A DNA stretch of 64,000 nt from Chiloscyllium plagiosum (lineage: Eukaryota): NCBI RefSeq assembly GCF_004010195.1, contig NC_057720.1:9494244-9558243 (forward strand). The letters run 5' to 3'. The notes below the pieces were generated by a model that was not told the DNA's origin, did not search any database, and saw only the letters and a program-made list of their open reading frames with translations. Each line of letters opens with the position of its first letter. Within the stretch, counting starts at the first letter, position 1. Shown piece after piece: positions 1 through 12,800 of this stretch. A program made the position numbers and the translations under genes.

Positions 1-219
1 CCCCCACCCCCGTCTGACCTATCACCCTCACCTTGACCTCTTTCCACCTATCACATTTCCGACGCCCCTCCCCCAAGTCCCTCCTCCCTACCTTTTATCT
101 TAGCCTGCTGGACACACTTTCCTCATTCCTGAAGACGGGCTTATGCCCGAAACGTCGATTCTCCTGTTCCTTGGATGCTGCCTGACCTGCTGTGCTTTTC
201 CAGCAACACATTTTCAGCT
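1..219 (+). mobile_element. 3' end of Penelope-like element, family A (pyrimidine-rich 3' UTR plus hammerhead region); runs off window start
   Basis: Same C/T-rich UTR and tail as 53950-54300, where it follows a GIY-YIG frame; hammerhead core CTGAAGA-c-GGGC ttat GCCC-GAAA-CG-TC at 129-156. Confidence 0.8.
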
Positions 220-793
220 TCCATCCATTGACTCCAACTACACTATCGGAAAGGCAGCCAACATCATCGAAGACCCTTCCCACCCTGTTATACACCCTTC
301 CAACGTCTTCCAACAGGCAGCGGCTACACAAGCTTAAACACACGCACCCCAACAAGTTCAAGAACAGCTTCTTCCCTGCTGTTGGAAAAAGGTGAGCATT
401 GAAGATGCTGGAGATCAGAGTCAAAGAGTGTGGTGCTGGAAAAGCACAGCCAGCCAGGCAGCACCCGAGCAGCAGGAGAATCGACTTTTCAAGCATCAGC
501 TTACGATGAAGAGCTAATGCTCGAAATGTTGATTCTCCTGCTCCTCAGATGCTGCCTGACTGGCTGTGCTTTTCCAGCACCACTCTCTTTGACTCTTCCC
601 TGCTGTTATTAGTCTGATGAATGGACCACTCAAATTTCAAAGCTTGCTTTTTGTGCACCTTCTTTGCAGCCCTATCCTGTATTCCTTGCTCTGTTCAGTC
701 ACCCTCTATCTTTGAATGATATGATCTGCCTGTACTGCATGCAAAACAAACTTTTCACTGTACCTAGGTACATGTGACAATCATGAATCAAAC
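220..793 (+). mobile_element. Rex1/Babar-type LINE 3' fragment, interrupted at 384-593
   Basis: Frameshifted translation PSIDS..GKAANIIEDPSHP....NKFKNSFFPAV, continuing after the insert; tail cttttcactgtacctaggtacatgtgacaat. Confidence 0.7.
384..593. mobile_element. Self-inverted family A insert (older, ribozyme core decayed)
   Basis: Two opposed arms; exact 14-bp TSD tcttccctgctgtt at 370-383 and 594-607. Confidence 0.85.
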
Positions 794-1599
794 CAGGGGA
801 CTGCATATTTCTTCCATTCCCACTCTCCAAGTATTGCAGGTTCTAATAGTGCTGGAAAGGGAGCATCTATTAGGTGTGAATCCAGGAAAAGGTAGAGCCC
901 CTTTTAGAACAGGTCCATTTTGATCAGCAGGCAGTCTTTCCTCAAACGGTGTAAACAGAGTTTTGCCTGGGTAGAAGCTGACCTGCAAATATCAGACACA
1001 CACTGGCAAAGATTAACGCGGCTAGACTCTTACACAGCAAATGTGAATTCTGTTCAGTCAGAATGTGACAAGAAATCTATAAAAGGAATTTAACTAGATT
1101 GGTTGCACTGCAAAAGTAAGAGTCTATATTTTATCACAGTTAATATGCGATATGTATGTAACTAATGTTGAGTTAATCTGTTATAGCTGCAACATAACAT
1201 GAGCCATTTGTCTTCATAAAGAGATTTTCTGTTCATCAAGGAACCAATCTTTTCTCCAAAGGGCACAGGATTAAATGGAGCTTTTTAAGAAATGTATAAT
1301 ACATTCTTAAAAAGAGGGGGAGCAAATGCTTGTATTTGCTTCACACTTAATCAAGTCTTTGAAAAGCTCAGAGTGAGTCTTTGCACGGAAGCACTTACAC
1401 AAGAAGCAGGTAATTGTGTAGGGACATTCAGCAGCTTAAACTGCACACCACAAGTGCCCCACAGTCATCACATGAACACAAGAAATAGCAGCAGGTATAG
1501 ACCATTCAATCCATTAACTCTGCTCCAACGTTTAATAGATTGTGACTCTTCTTGGGTTTCAACTCCACTTGTTCCCATTCCCTATGTTCTTGAAGTAGT

Positions 1600-1726
1600 A
1601 GAAAGTGAGGACTGCAGATGCTGGGGATCAGAGTCAAGAGTGTGGCGCTGGAAAAGCGCAGCAGGTCAGGCAGTATCCCAGGAGCAGGGAAAGTGGCATT
1701 ACGGGCAAAAGCCCTTCATCAGGAAT
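1600..1726 (-). mobile_element. Family A single arm inside an old CR1 3' tail (about 1460-1940, minus)
   Basis: gaaagtgaggactgcagatgctgg...gggcaaaagcccttcatcaggaat; ends 4 nt past the CTGATGA core. Confidence 0.75.
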
Positions 1727-1961
1727 CCAACTCATGTTCCTTGAATCCCTGAGAGACCAAATGTGTGTCTATCCCTGCTTTAAATGGATTCAATGGTGAA
1801 GCAACCACAATTTTATGGGAAGAGAGGATATTAAAAGTGTAAAATTATTAAATTATTAAATTTCTCCTCATTGCAGTCCTAAATGATCATTCCTTTAACT
1901 GAAGCTTGCCCCTTTGCCCAGCCAACAGAAATAATCCCTCCAACAAAGGCAAAATTTGCTT

Positions 1962-2440
1962 GTTAAACTTTGAAAGGATTCAGAAAAGATTTACAAGGAT
2001 GTTGCCAGGGTTGGAGGGTTTGAGCTATAAGGAGAGGCTGGATAGGCTGGGGCTGTTTTCCCTGGAGCGTCGGAGGCTGAGGAGCGAACTTATCAAAGTT
2101 TATAAAATCATGAAGGCATGGATAGGATAAATAGAAAAGGTCTTTTCCCTGGGATGGGGGAGTCCAAAACTAGACTGCATAGGTTTAGAGTGAGAGGGGA
2201 AAGATATAAAAGGGACCTAAAAGGGACGTTTTGACACCGAGGGTGGTACGTGTATGGAATGTGCTGCCAGAGGAAGTGGTGGAGGCTAGTACAATTACAA
2301 CATTTAAAAGACATCTGGATGGGTATATGAATAGGAAGGGTTTAGATGGATTTGGGCCAAATACAGGCAAATGGGATTAGATTAATTTAGGATAACTTTG
2401 GAATTGGACAAAAGTTTCTGTGTTGTGCAGCTCTGTAACT
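1962..2440 (+). mobile_element. CR1-clade (HER1-type) LINE 3' fragment
   Basis: ERIQKRFTRMLPGLEGLSYKERLDRLGLFSLERRRLR, the CR1 ORF2 C-terminus. Confidence 0.9.
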
Positions 2441-2540
2441 CGGTGATGCTGGAAGTCTGAAATACACACAGAGAACTCTGGAGAAACGTAGCACCTGTGG
2501 AGAGAAGTAACAGGGAGAACCCTGTCAATCTGCTCAGAAT

Positions 2541-2872
2541 AGGATGGCACAGTGTCTCAGTAGTTAGCACTGCTGCTTTACAGTGCCAGTGAGTTGGCTT
2601 CGATTCTACCTTAGGGTGACTGTGTGGAGTTTGCACATCCTCTCCATGTCTATGTGGGTTTCCTTAGAATGTCCTGGTTTCCTCCCACAGTCCAAAGATG
2701 TGCAGGTTAGGTGGATTGGCAATGCTAAATTGCCCAAATTGCCCAGTGATGCATAGGTTAGGTGGATTAGCCATGGGAAATTCAAGGATGGGGTTGGTCT
2801 GGGTGGGATGCTCTTCAGAGAGTTGGCATGAACTCAATGGACCAAGAGGCCAGCTCCCACACTATAGCGATT
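2541..2872 (+). mobile_element. HE1-type V-SINE
   Basis: tRNA-like head, V-domain tgtgtggagtttgcac...cctcccacagtccaaagatgtgcagg, CR1-like tail. Confidence 0.85.
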
Positions 2873-2974
2873 TGACAAATCTTTTATGTTTCAATGAGAT
2901 CACCTCAAGTTCCTCTAACTTTCAAAGACATAATTTACTGAGTGTCTCAACATTGGGCAGCCTCCCAAATAAAG

Positions 2975-3165
2975 ATGAAGTTATCATAATCTTACCAGCC
3001 CAGAGATTTGCTCTCCTGTTAGAGAGCCAAGTGGTAGTGGTTTACCCTGAGGTTTGCCACACCATGGGAAAGGAGAGATTGTCAATGTAACCTCAGTTTT
3101 TGCAAGATCTGAACCCATGCTGCTGGTTTGACTCTACTGAGTGAGCCAGCCAATTGAACTACCCA
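2975..3165 (-). mobile_element. tRNA-headed SINE, family unassigned (second copy about 61222-61515 +)
   Basis: Reverse complement matches cagcatgggttca...cctcagg.taaac of the 61375-61515 copy. Confidence 0.55.
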
Positions 3166-3179
3166 AGCCCCACATAGTG

Positions 3180-3730
3180 GTCTTGTGAACCATGGCTGGT
3201 TCTTAAATCTTTGTCTTGAATTCTTTTTTTAAGTGTTTTGTTTTCCTTTGTTATATTATCGCAGCGGGACTATTAGTCTGAAATTTATATGTTTTTATTT
3301 TCCTGATTTATTACGGTAATTTTGTACTTTTGAAAGTCTGCAATGCTGGACTTTATACTTCTTTATTTTTGAGTACTTTTGCCTTCGAATTTGTACTCAA
3401 GAATCTAGGAACTTTTGTACAAGTTGTTCTGCTATAACACGCATTTCGTCAACGCGAGTTGGCTGTAATGTGATTGATGACCAGGGGACGCAGTTTCTAA
3501 AGCACAAACTTTTAAAATCTGTGTTGGCTATAACATTATTACATTGCCAACACTTTAAGCGCTATTTTTATTGCGCGATTTTTATATAGCACAGTGAAAC
3601 TCAAGAACGCAACCATCCCATTAAAAAAGAAATTACTATCTAAGATGGTGCAGTTAATGGCAACTTGTAAATATTTCCCTGTACTCATTTGAGTGTGTGT
3701 GACAATGAAGCTAATTCAATTCAATTCAAT
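3180..3730 (+). mobile_element. Short non-coding retroelement with Rex1/Babar-like tail, interrupted at about 3420-3638 by a probable TA-inserting MITE
   Basis: gtac|ctaagatggtg...ctgtac...gtgacaat(ttcaa)n matches 38028-38230 on the minus strand; the insert begins ta-caagttgttctgctataac, with a degenerate right end. Confidence 0.5.
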
Positions 3731-3904
3731 GCAAAAATATCTTTCCTTAAATTGGAAACTAAGGCGATGAATATTAGTTGGTTAATCCAAATAGAGAAAA
3801 TGTCAGACGGCAACTCCTTTTGCATTCTGAAGGGTTTGGCAGACATTAGGGATTGTGGTAGTGAGGGTACAGTGATGGTAGGATAGTGTGACCAACACGT
3901 TCGG

Positions 3905-4128
3905 AGCTGAAAATGTGTTGCTGGAAAAGCGCAGCAGGTCAGGCAGCATCCAAGGAGCAGGAGAATCGACGTTTTGGGCATGAGCCCTTCTTCAGGAATC
4001 CTGAAGAAGGGCTCATGCCCGCAACGTCGATTCTCCTGCTTCTTGGATGCTGCCTGACCTGCTGCGCTTTTCCAGCAACACATTTTCAGCTCTGATCTCC
4101 AGCATCTGCAGTCCTCACTTTCTCCTCC
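3905..4128. mobile_element. Self-inverted family A insert
   Basis: Arms of about 92 bp, near-perfectly complementary around cttcttcagga-a-tcctgaagaag; right arm extends to the full 3' terminus ctttctcct. Confidence 0.92.
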
Positions 4129-4514
4129 CTGACCAATAGGTTCAGGTTGGATGACCATTCTGGGACCAGCTCTGAGACTCTCCAGTGTACCAAAATCTCG
4201 GGATCCTCCTCAGAGAGAAATCAAACTCACCTCTCAAGAGATTGGCAATTTCAACCTCCTTTTCCAAGATTAATTACTGCTCATCCTGTCAGGTATTTTG
4301 GGGCTCTTGGAACCTGAGAATGTTTTTAATAAAACATTCCAAACCTACCAAACAACACATCAGGCAGCGATTCCTGGTAAAGTACCCCAGCCCCCCGATG
4401 ACACAAGTCAACTTAATGAACTCAGCACTGGTAAACAATCACCCCTTGTCCTCTCCTGTTGCAAGTTCCTAGCCTCCCTGCTTTGGGCAGAATTCCAGCA
4501 GCAATGAAGGATGT

Positions 4515-4660
4515 GAAGAACTTGCATTTTTGTATTGTCAAGCATGACCGCAAGATGTCCCAAAAAGCACCTGTGCGACCATTGGAAGTGTAGTCACCAC
4601 TGTAATGTACAAAGTGCAGTAGCCAAAGAACATGCAGCAAGTCCCTAGTAGTGTGGCTCA
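4515..4660 (-). mobile_element. DeuSINE-like (SacSINE1/AmnSINE1-type) 3' fragment
   Basis: cttgcattt...gatgtcccaaaa...gaagtgtagtcac..tgtaatgta; also at about 16860-17190 (+) and 22620-22900 (-). Confidence 0.55.
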
Positions 4661-4769
4661 GAGGTCTAAGGTGTGGGATTTCCCCTTCAGCTTTCATACA
4701 GGCGTGTGTTCAAATCCCCCCTGCTTCCAATAATGTTTGCAGCTTATCATTCGAAGGCCCCCATTTTCG

Positions 4770-5192
4770 GGTGGCATGGTCCTGAGCAAGGGTTACCGGA
4801 CCTAAAACATTAATTCTGATTTCTCTCCACAGATGCTGCCAGACCTGCTGAGCTTTTCCACTAACTTCTATTTCAGTTAGCACAGCTGCCTCACAGCGCC
4901 AGGGACCCAGGTTTGATTCCACCCTCAGGTGACTGTCTGTGTGGAATTTGTACATTCTCCCCGTGTCGGGGTGGGTTTCTGCCTGGTGCTCCGGTGTCCT
5001 CCCACAGTCCAATGTTGTGCAGGTTAGGGTGGATTGGCCATGCTAAATTGCCCCTGAGTGTCCAGGGATGTGCAGGCTAGTTGGATGAGCCATGGGAAAT
5101 GTAGGGTTACAGGGTTTGCGTGGGATGCTCTTCGGAGAGTCGGTGTGGACTCGATGGGCTGAATGGCCTGCTTCAAAACTGATGGGATTCTA
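4770..5192 (+). mobile_element. HE1-type V-SINE with a family C arm (about 4788-4875) inserted in its head
   Basis: gtggcatggt | ctgagcaagggttaccggacctaaaac...gcttttcca | cagttagcacagctgcctcacagcgccagggaccc. Confidence 0.8.
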
Positions 5193-6094
5193 AAAGAAAG
5201 GTTTCCATAAATAGTGAGGTGATAGCAAACAGATAATTAGTTGCTGATCTAAATACTATGCCAGCATCAAAATAAACGTGGAAGCCTACTTTCAAAAGTG
5301 AAGCTCCCAATGTTGATTAAAGATCAGGCAGTGGAAGATAACTCATGAGAGTTACCTCTGTCACCCACATTATTCTGCAGCAACGTTTCACAGCCAGATG
5401 GGAGACTCCCTGTGCTCCCTTGATGTATTTTTACTCAGTGCAAAGATAATTAAACACACTAATAAACAAAGATGAGGTGATATATTTCCACAGAGGCTTT
5501 ATTTATCCTGCTGAGATTTTGGCAGGTGTAGTGGGTGGCAGATAATAAATGTGTGGATAATAATACCATTGTATCCTGTGTTGTTTGTAGTTGCTTGAGG
5601 AGAATAAATAGCAATTTTGGATAATTATTAAAGCATATTTACCTCAGACACTATGATCACAAATGTTGACCAGGACTCCAGTGGGAATATAGGAAACTTA
5701 CACGCATTTCACAGTCAAATTTAATTAACTGGAGTCTTCTTAATATTAGGAACATATGAAGAGGAGTAGACCATTCAGTCTGTTAAACCTACTGCTCCAT
5801 TTAATACAAGTCATTGATGATTGAACCCTTACAACATACATCCTCATTGATAATCCTCAAACGCATTGATAATCAAACAGTTACCAAATTCTACTTCAGT
5901 TAGACCATTCTTTTATAGCTGTCTGGGTGGAGAATTTCAAGGATTCATAATCCTCTGAGTAAAAGCATGTCTCCATATCGCAATCTTAAATGACGTCCCT
6001 TTCATTTTTAAATTGTGCCGCAATTTTGCAATTGATGTAAATCAATCGATATGGCAGCTTCCTGCAATCTCTTAGTATTTAAATATTTTTTTTT

Positions 6095-6387
6095 AGATTA
6101 GATTACTTACAGTGTGGAGACAAGCCCTTCGGCCCAACAAGTCCACACCAACCTGCAGAAGCGCAACCCACCCAGACCCATTCCCCTACATTTACCCCTT
6201 CACCTAACAGTACGGGCAATTTAGCATGGCCAATTCACCTAACCTGCACATCTTTGGAGTGTGGGAGGAAACCGGAGCACCCGGAGGAAACCCACGCAGA
6301 CACGGGGAGAACGTGCAAACTCCACACAGTCAGTCGCCTGAGTCGGGAATTGAATCCGGGTCTCTGGCCCTGTGAGGCAGCAGTGCT
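6095..6387 (-). mobile_element. HE1-type V-SINE
   Basis: Near-identical to 26392-26710; (aatct)n tail on the minus strand. Confidence 0.9.
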
Positions 6388-6616
6388 TCTATTCTTCTAA
6401 TCTTCCTGCCTTACTGGGCATGTTCACAGCTTTCCATGCTATATTCCATCTGCCTTTTTGCCCACTGACATAACCTTTCAATATCCCAGGATCTTTGTGT
6501 CTTCTTCATAAATTGTGTTAATTTCTATTATTGTACTGTCTGCAGCATTGGTGACAATGAAGCTGATCTCTTTGTCCAAGTCTTCATGTGGCCCTTTCTT
6601 CCGATTTTGACACTTA

Positions 6617-7145
6617 TAGAGTCATAGGCGTAGAGTCAGACAGCATGGAAACAGACCCTTTGGTCCAACCAGTCCATGCCGAGTGTAATCCCAAACCAAC
6701 ATAGTGTCACTTGCCTGCTCCTGGCCAATATCCCTCCATTTCCTAATTTTACCCAAATGTCTTTTAAACATTAGAATTGTGCCCCATCCACCACTTCTTC
6801 AGCAAATTCATCCCACACACGACCATCATCCATATAAAAAATTTGCACCTCATCTCCTTTTTAAATCTTTCTCCTCTCACCTTAAAAATGTGCTTCCTTG
6901 TCTTGAAACTCTCCACCCTAGGGTAAGGAAATCCACCATTAACTCAATCTATACCCCTCATTATTTTATAAACTTCTGGCAGATCACTTCACAACCTCTT
7001 ACGCTCCAGTGAAAAAAGTCTCAGCCTATCCAGCCTCTCTTCATAACTCAAACCTTCTATACCTGGCAGCATCCAGGTAAATCTCATCTGAACCCACTCC
7101 AGCTTAATAATATCCTTCCTATAACTGGGTGACCAGAACAGGACA
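6617..7145 (-). mobile_element. CR1 LINE 3' fragment
   Basis: Reverse of CR1 C-terminus and (ctctatga)n tail. Confidence 0.85.
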
Positions 7146-7817
7146 TGGGCATTAAGATGCTAATTGCAAAGGCCAAATGAGCAGAGCAAATATAGAAAAT
7201 ACATCAACTGTTTAATTTACTGTCTGTGGGTGTTACTTATCCACCCAACAATTGTAATGGCACTACAAGACTAATCCATTGATTGTGAAGTACTTTAAGA
7301 CACAGTATTCCCTGTATAAATAAATGTTGTCTCTCCAGCTTCATGATGAATAGGATAATAATCATTGGAATTCTCATAAAACTAATGGATGAGCAGCCCA
7401 CTCCTGATAATTCAAAGTCGATTTTTACAATGAAAAGAAATTGAATTATCAGGTCATTTGAACTAAGAAACATAAATAACACAGTAAAGTGGGGCATTTC
7501 ATGCTATAAAGATTGGATTATGTCTCTTTGAATGACGAGGTGTAAACTGTACATTCCTGGTTGTTTCAATGAGAACCCAAAAGCTTTAATTTGAACAATG
7601 ACAATCTATAAACTGTATATTCTGTAGCACCAGGACCTGGGGTGAAGCATGCAACATAGCACCATGGTATTGAATTATTCTTCACACCAGTTCACTACAT
7701 ACCTCACCTTACATTTGTTCTGTGACTAGTTTAAAACTGCCTTTCAAACATAGCTCCAGTTTAATCATTGTAACTACCCAAGGCAGTGTTGCTCAATTAA
7801 AGAACAAAAAGTTTACG

Positions 7818-9010
7818 TTTATAAGATGCTAAAGGGGATTGACAAAGTAGATGCAGAAAGGATATTTTCTCATGTGGGGCGATCTAGAATGGCAGGTTAT
7901 AGTTTTAGGATAGTGGTGCGCAGATTTAAAACAGAGATGGAGAGAATTGCTTCTTGCAGAGGGTTGTGTATCTGGAATTTACTCCCCCAGAATGCAGCAG
8001 ATGCAGCATTGAATAAATTTAAGTGGGAGATAGACAGATTTTTAATTAGCAATGGGATAGAGGGTTATGGAAAATGAGCAGAAAGGTGGTGTTGAGACTG
8101 AGATGAGATCAGCCGTGTTTGTATTAAACAGTGGAGCTGGCTTGAGGAACCAAACTGTCTATTCCTAGTCCTTATGACATGACTTCAAGATGATTCAATG
8201 TTCCTTACAACAATGAGATACTCCTGAGGCATTCAGGATGCAGAAAATAGGATAGTAACACTCCGTGAATGCTCCGTGATGATGCTCAAATCAATTGATA
8301 TTTGATCTATAGATCTTCAGGTACAAGTCCATAGCGCCTTGAAAGTGACCATGCAAGTAGATAGGGTGGTAAAGAAAGTGTATGACATGGTTGCCTTTAT
8401 TGGCCAGGGTATTGAGTACAAGAAGATGTCACGTTGCAACCTTATAAGACCACACTTTAGGCCACACTTAGAGTATTGCATTCAATTCTGGTTGCCACGT
8501 TACAGAAGGATGTAGATGCTTTGGAGAAGGTGCAGGAGAGATTTACCAGAATACTGCCTGGATTAGAGGGTAGCGCCTCTCAGGAGAGTTTCGGAAAACT
8601 CGGGTTGCTTTCTCTGGAGCAGCGGAAACTGAGGGGAGACTTTATAGAAGTTCATAAAATCATGAGATTCATAGATGGTCAGAATCTTTTTCCCAGAGAT
8701 GAATTGTCTAAAACTGGGGGGCATCCATTTAAAGTGAGAGGAGGAAAGTTCAAAGTAGATGTGAGGGGTAAGGTGTTTTAGACAGAAATGGTAGGGGTCT
8801 GGAATGCACTGCCAGGGGTGGTGGTGGAGGTAGATAATGGTAGGGGCTTTTAAGGTACTTTTAAATAAGAACATGAATACTCAAGGAATGGAGCGATATG
8901 GACCAAGGGCAGGGGGAAGGGATTAGTTTAATTTGGCGTCATGTTCAGCACAACATCGTTGTCCAAAGTGCCCATTCCTATGCTGTATTTTTCAATATTA
9001 TATGTTCTAA
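7818..9010 (+). mobile_element. Two CR1 LINE 3' fragments (about 7818-8178 and 8310-9010)
   Basis: KDVDALEKVQERFTRILPGLEG...LEQRKLRGDFIEVHKIM. Confidence 0.85.
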
Positions 9011-9020
9011 CATCTGGGTG

Positions 9021-9149
9021 GAAAGTGAGAACTGCAGATGCTGGAGATTAGAGCTGAAAATGAAGAAGGGCTCATGCCCGAAACATCGATTCTCCTGCTC
9101 CTTGGATGCTGCCTGACCTGCTGCGCTTTTCCAGCAACACATTTTCAGC
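9021..9149. mobile_element. Asymmetric self-inverted family A insert
   Basis: Short left arm joined to tgaagaagggctcatgcccgaaac; flanks tctaacatctgggtg / tctaacatcgaggtg (15 bp, 2 mismatches). Confidence 0.85.
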
Positions 9150-10457
9150 TCTAACATCGAGGTGCCAAGAGGCTATCGAAAATAAAACAAAATGGCAGGT
9201 CTAACGGTGCAGTTGAACCTCAGTTCTGCACTGGAGTATTGCCCTAGATTTTGGGGCTCTATTAAGTCTACAGTGTGAGATTTGAACACATAATCTTTTG
9301 ACTAAATGCTGAGCGAGCTGACCAAGTAGAGTCAGTGATCGTACTAACACTCAGAAACCAGAAGATTAGTGACTGCTATGGCCATTTTGACACAAAATGA
9401 CGGTTTCATGAACATGAACAACAAGTGTTGAAATGCTTGAAGTTTGTTACTAGATTATACTCAAACACTTGCTCTAACTGTTGAACATGATTCTGAAAGC
9501 TATTTGATTCTCCAACATAAATCCCTGCTAAACAGAATTTAGTAATTATGTCTTGACAGGTATAATCCATGTTCTGATTATTTTTGTGCATTCTACACAA
9601 AACACATTCATTTTGTATGTTTATAGCAAATGGAAATTAAGAAGAAAAAAAAAATCCTTTAATGTAGATGGGAACTAGGTGTAAAAAAAAACTGATTTTC
9701 ATTGCAAATGATGGATGACGCAGTTTGTACCTTCACTACAATATTATATTTCAAAGCCACCCAGTGAGAATTATATAGTGAGGGCACTTTATGTTAATAT
9801 TAGAAATAATAAACTTTTTGTGGCCAAAACATTAGATTCTCTTTCTTTTTGTGTATTATTTAAATAATAGCTACCAGATGGAAGCGAAGATGGGGAGGAC
9901 AATTAACAGCGAACTTTCTTATCTGAATTTGTTTTCGGATTTTTTGAAGCCTAATGTTAAATGCCAAAGGATTATTTTATTTAAGTTTAAAATCCATTTT
10001 GCACAAGGCTTCATTCAGCAGCTCAACCCTTGCTCACAAACAGCGTCTCACAGACTCCTGGCTAATGCAGTTTGGATCAAACTAGCTGCCTAATTGCAAC
10101 AGTGTTCACTATTGATCGGCTGAAGGAACATGTCTCGGTAACATATTTAAAATTGAAGGAAGGCGCTGACACTGACAGAAGTAAGGGGACATCCAATTAT
10201 CCTCAAATTACATTAGTGGTGTCCGGGAAGACTTCTTTTTTTTAAAGAAGGCAGCAAAATCAAAAAAGGGTATCATAAAATCAGATATCGTGGAAAGGAA
10301 GCATTGTGAAAACTGACATCAAGTTTGTATGGTGACGCATGATCATTTGTTGTTCTTACAACTGAACTTAGGGATATAATGCAACAGAATACAGAGCTTA
10401 TCATTCAGGTTGAATATGAGCCTGGTCTAGCCTTTATTAATGGTATTTCTTTTTAAT

Positions 10458-10712
10458 AGAATGCCTCCAGTTTGAAAGCAGGCTATTTGGCCCATCAAGT
10501 CCACACCAATCCTCCAAAGAACATCCCACTCAGACTTGCCTCAACCCTGCGTTTCCCATGGCCAATACACCCGACCTGCACATCTTTGGGAGGAAACCCA
10601 CACAGACACAGGGAGAATGTGCAAACTCCACAGAGACAGTCGCCCGAGGCTGGAATCAAACCCAGGTCCGTGGTGCTGTGAGACAGCAGTGCTGAACACG
10701 GAGCCACAGTGC
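10458..10712 (-). mobile_element. HE1-type V-SINE
   Basis: ggagaatgtgcaaactccacagagacagtcgcccgaggctggaatcaaaccc. Confidence 0.85.
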
Positions 10713-11122
10713 TACCTAATGAATCACATGCAGATGAATAGCTTTGGTTGAGAATTTCCTCCTGATGCAAATGTAGTTTCAAGATGAATCCTACACAATG
10801 ATCTACAATCTGTAATCGTAAGAAGCTTTGTAATAGAAAAAGGTCTTATGAATGGCAAGTCTGATCATCCGACCTCATTATTTGTGATGACCACTGATGA
10901 GCTCTTGCATCATTTGGAAAATTTTTGCAGATTTTTAATCCAATATGCTTGGTTTCTGGGTCTATTTGTTCTCTCCACCTCTCCTCTTACACCCACCAAT
11001 ATTTTATCAGCAGTCTATTGGCACAAATGTGTCAACTATTAAGTTGGAAGCCAGGTGGGATGGGAATGAAAGCAGAATTTGCAGCAGTTTATCTTATTCT
11101 AAATGAAATCTATTGATACAGC

Positions 11123-11620
11123 AAGTCAGGAGTGTGATGGGATACTCCCTACCTGCCTGGGTGAGTGTCGCTCCATCAACACTCAAGAGGCTTGACACCT
11201 TCCAGGACAAAGCAGCCTCTTGATTGGCACCAGATCCATAGTTTTCTGCAGTCATCCCTCCACCACCGATGCTCAGTGGCAGCAGTGAGCACCAGGTACA
11301 AAATCCATTGCAGAAATTCAACAAACCTTATCTAACACCTTCCAAATTCACAACCGCTATTATCTAAAAAGCCAAGGACAACAAGCAAACACCTTGTAAG
11401 CTCCCCTTCAAGCCACTCGCCATCCTGACTTGGAAATACATCACCATTGCTGGGTCGAAATCGTGAAACTCCTTCCCAAACATCACTGTGGGTTTACATT
11501 CTCCGAATAGTCTACAGAGGTTCAAGAAGGCAGCTCACCACCACCTCCTCAAAGGTAGCTAGGGATGGATAATAAATGCTAGCCCAGTGACAGAAGCCCA
11601 TATCCTATCAGTGAAGAAAG
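11123..11620 (+). mobile_element. CR1/L2-group LINE (second family) 3' fragment
   Basis: WVSVAPSTLKRLDTFQDKAASLIGT; tail agggatggataataaatgct; same family at 55150-55730 (-). Confidence 0.7.
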
Positions 11621-12482
11621 AAAAGATTCTATACAAGCAGAGTTGCTCCTGACAACAACGTTAGACCCACAACCAAAATTATACCTTCGTCTCATGATCA
11701 AAGCAACATGGCATCATGAACAAAAAACATTGAGTGGAAGATATTTGTACAAGTCTTTGCACAAATTCGCACTTGTCAATCATAGCAGCAGGGTCTCCAG
11801 ACCAGGTTTATAGGGAGAATCACACATTATCTCCATTTTGGCTGAGAATAACTGTAATCTCTCAGAGATATTGAAAATCACAACTTTAACAGCACCATGA
11901 ATCTAACAGCTTTCTTGTGAAAATCTTAAACTTGCAATAAAACAGAGAGGTTTAAGTCGTACAATCATAGTCAAACAATATTGACTGCAGGTTAATTTAT
12001 TTCTTATTCATTCACGCTAGTGCCACGGCCTAGACCAGTTTCTATTGCCCCATCCCTAATTGCCCTGGAGAATGTAAGAGACCATATATTACTCTTTATC
12101 AGGACTACAGGCTGTTGAACTACTGTATAGTTGTAATAAAAGCAGAGTTTCACAACTTGGGAGTCAGGTTCTGTGCATTTTTAGCTGTGCTAGACAATGT
12201 TTTCTTTTGAAGCCGTGAAGGAGAGAGAATTTGAGATTGACTGGCACTGACAAATGTTTGAGTTAAGGACATTGTGCATGATGAAAGATCTTTAGTTCAT
12301 TGAGCTGCTGTTTGGTCAAAAGCTGTCAGTGCAAAGGCAGCAGGAACATCCAGAGCCTGTGAACTGAAACTATCCATCTCTCTCTCTCTCTCTCTCTTTC
12401 CATGTGGTGAAATGATAGGAAAACCAAGAAAGGTTAAAGGAAAGATATTCAAATGAGTAAAGACCTCAGTCTGCCAGAGAGA

Positions 12483-12800
12483 ATCATAGAACCTCTACAG
12501 TGTGGAAGCAAGCCATTCAGCCCATCAAGTCCACACTAACCTTCCCACCCCAGACCCATCCCCCTTCTCTATCCCTGTAACCCTCCATTTCCTATGGCTA
12601 ACCCACCTAGCCTACACATCTTTGGACACTACAGGCAATTGAGCATGGCCAATTCACCTAACCTGCACATCTTTGGACTGTGGGAGCACCGGAAACCGGA
12701 GCACCCAGAAGAAATCTACACAGACATGGGGAGAACATGCAAACTCCACACAGACAGTAACCCAAGGGTGCTGTGAGGCAGCATGCTGACCACTGAGTCA
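12483..12800 (-). mobile_element. HE1-type V-SINE
   Basis: V-domain and tail motifs in reverse. Confidence 0.85.

Noticed and set aside
95..612. Recurring Cys-rich small ORFs (MPETSILLFLGCCLTCCAFPA; MCCWKSAAGQAAS)
   Set aside because: They are translations of the non-coding family A tail on both strands; starts, stops and frames vary between copies.
3905..4128. Palindromic inserts as MITEs or DNA transposons
   Set aside because: Ends are asymmetric, TSDs elsewhere are variable (13-16 bp), and the same sequence is the 3' end of GIY-YIG-coding elements.
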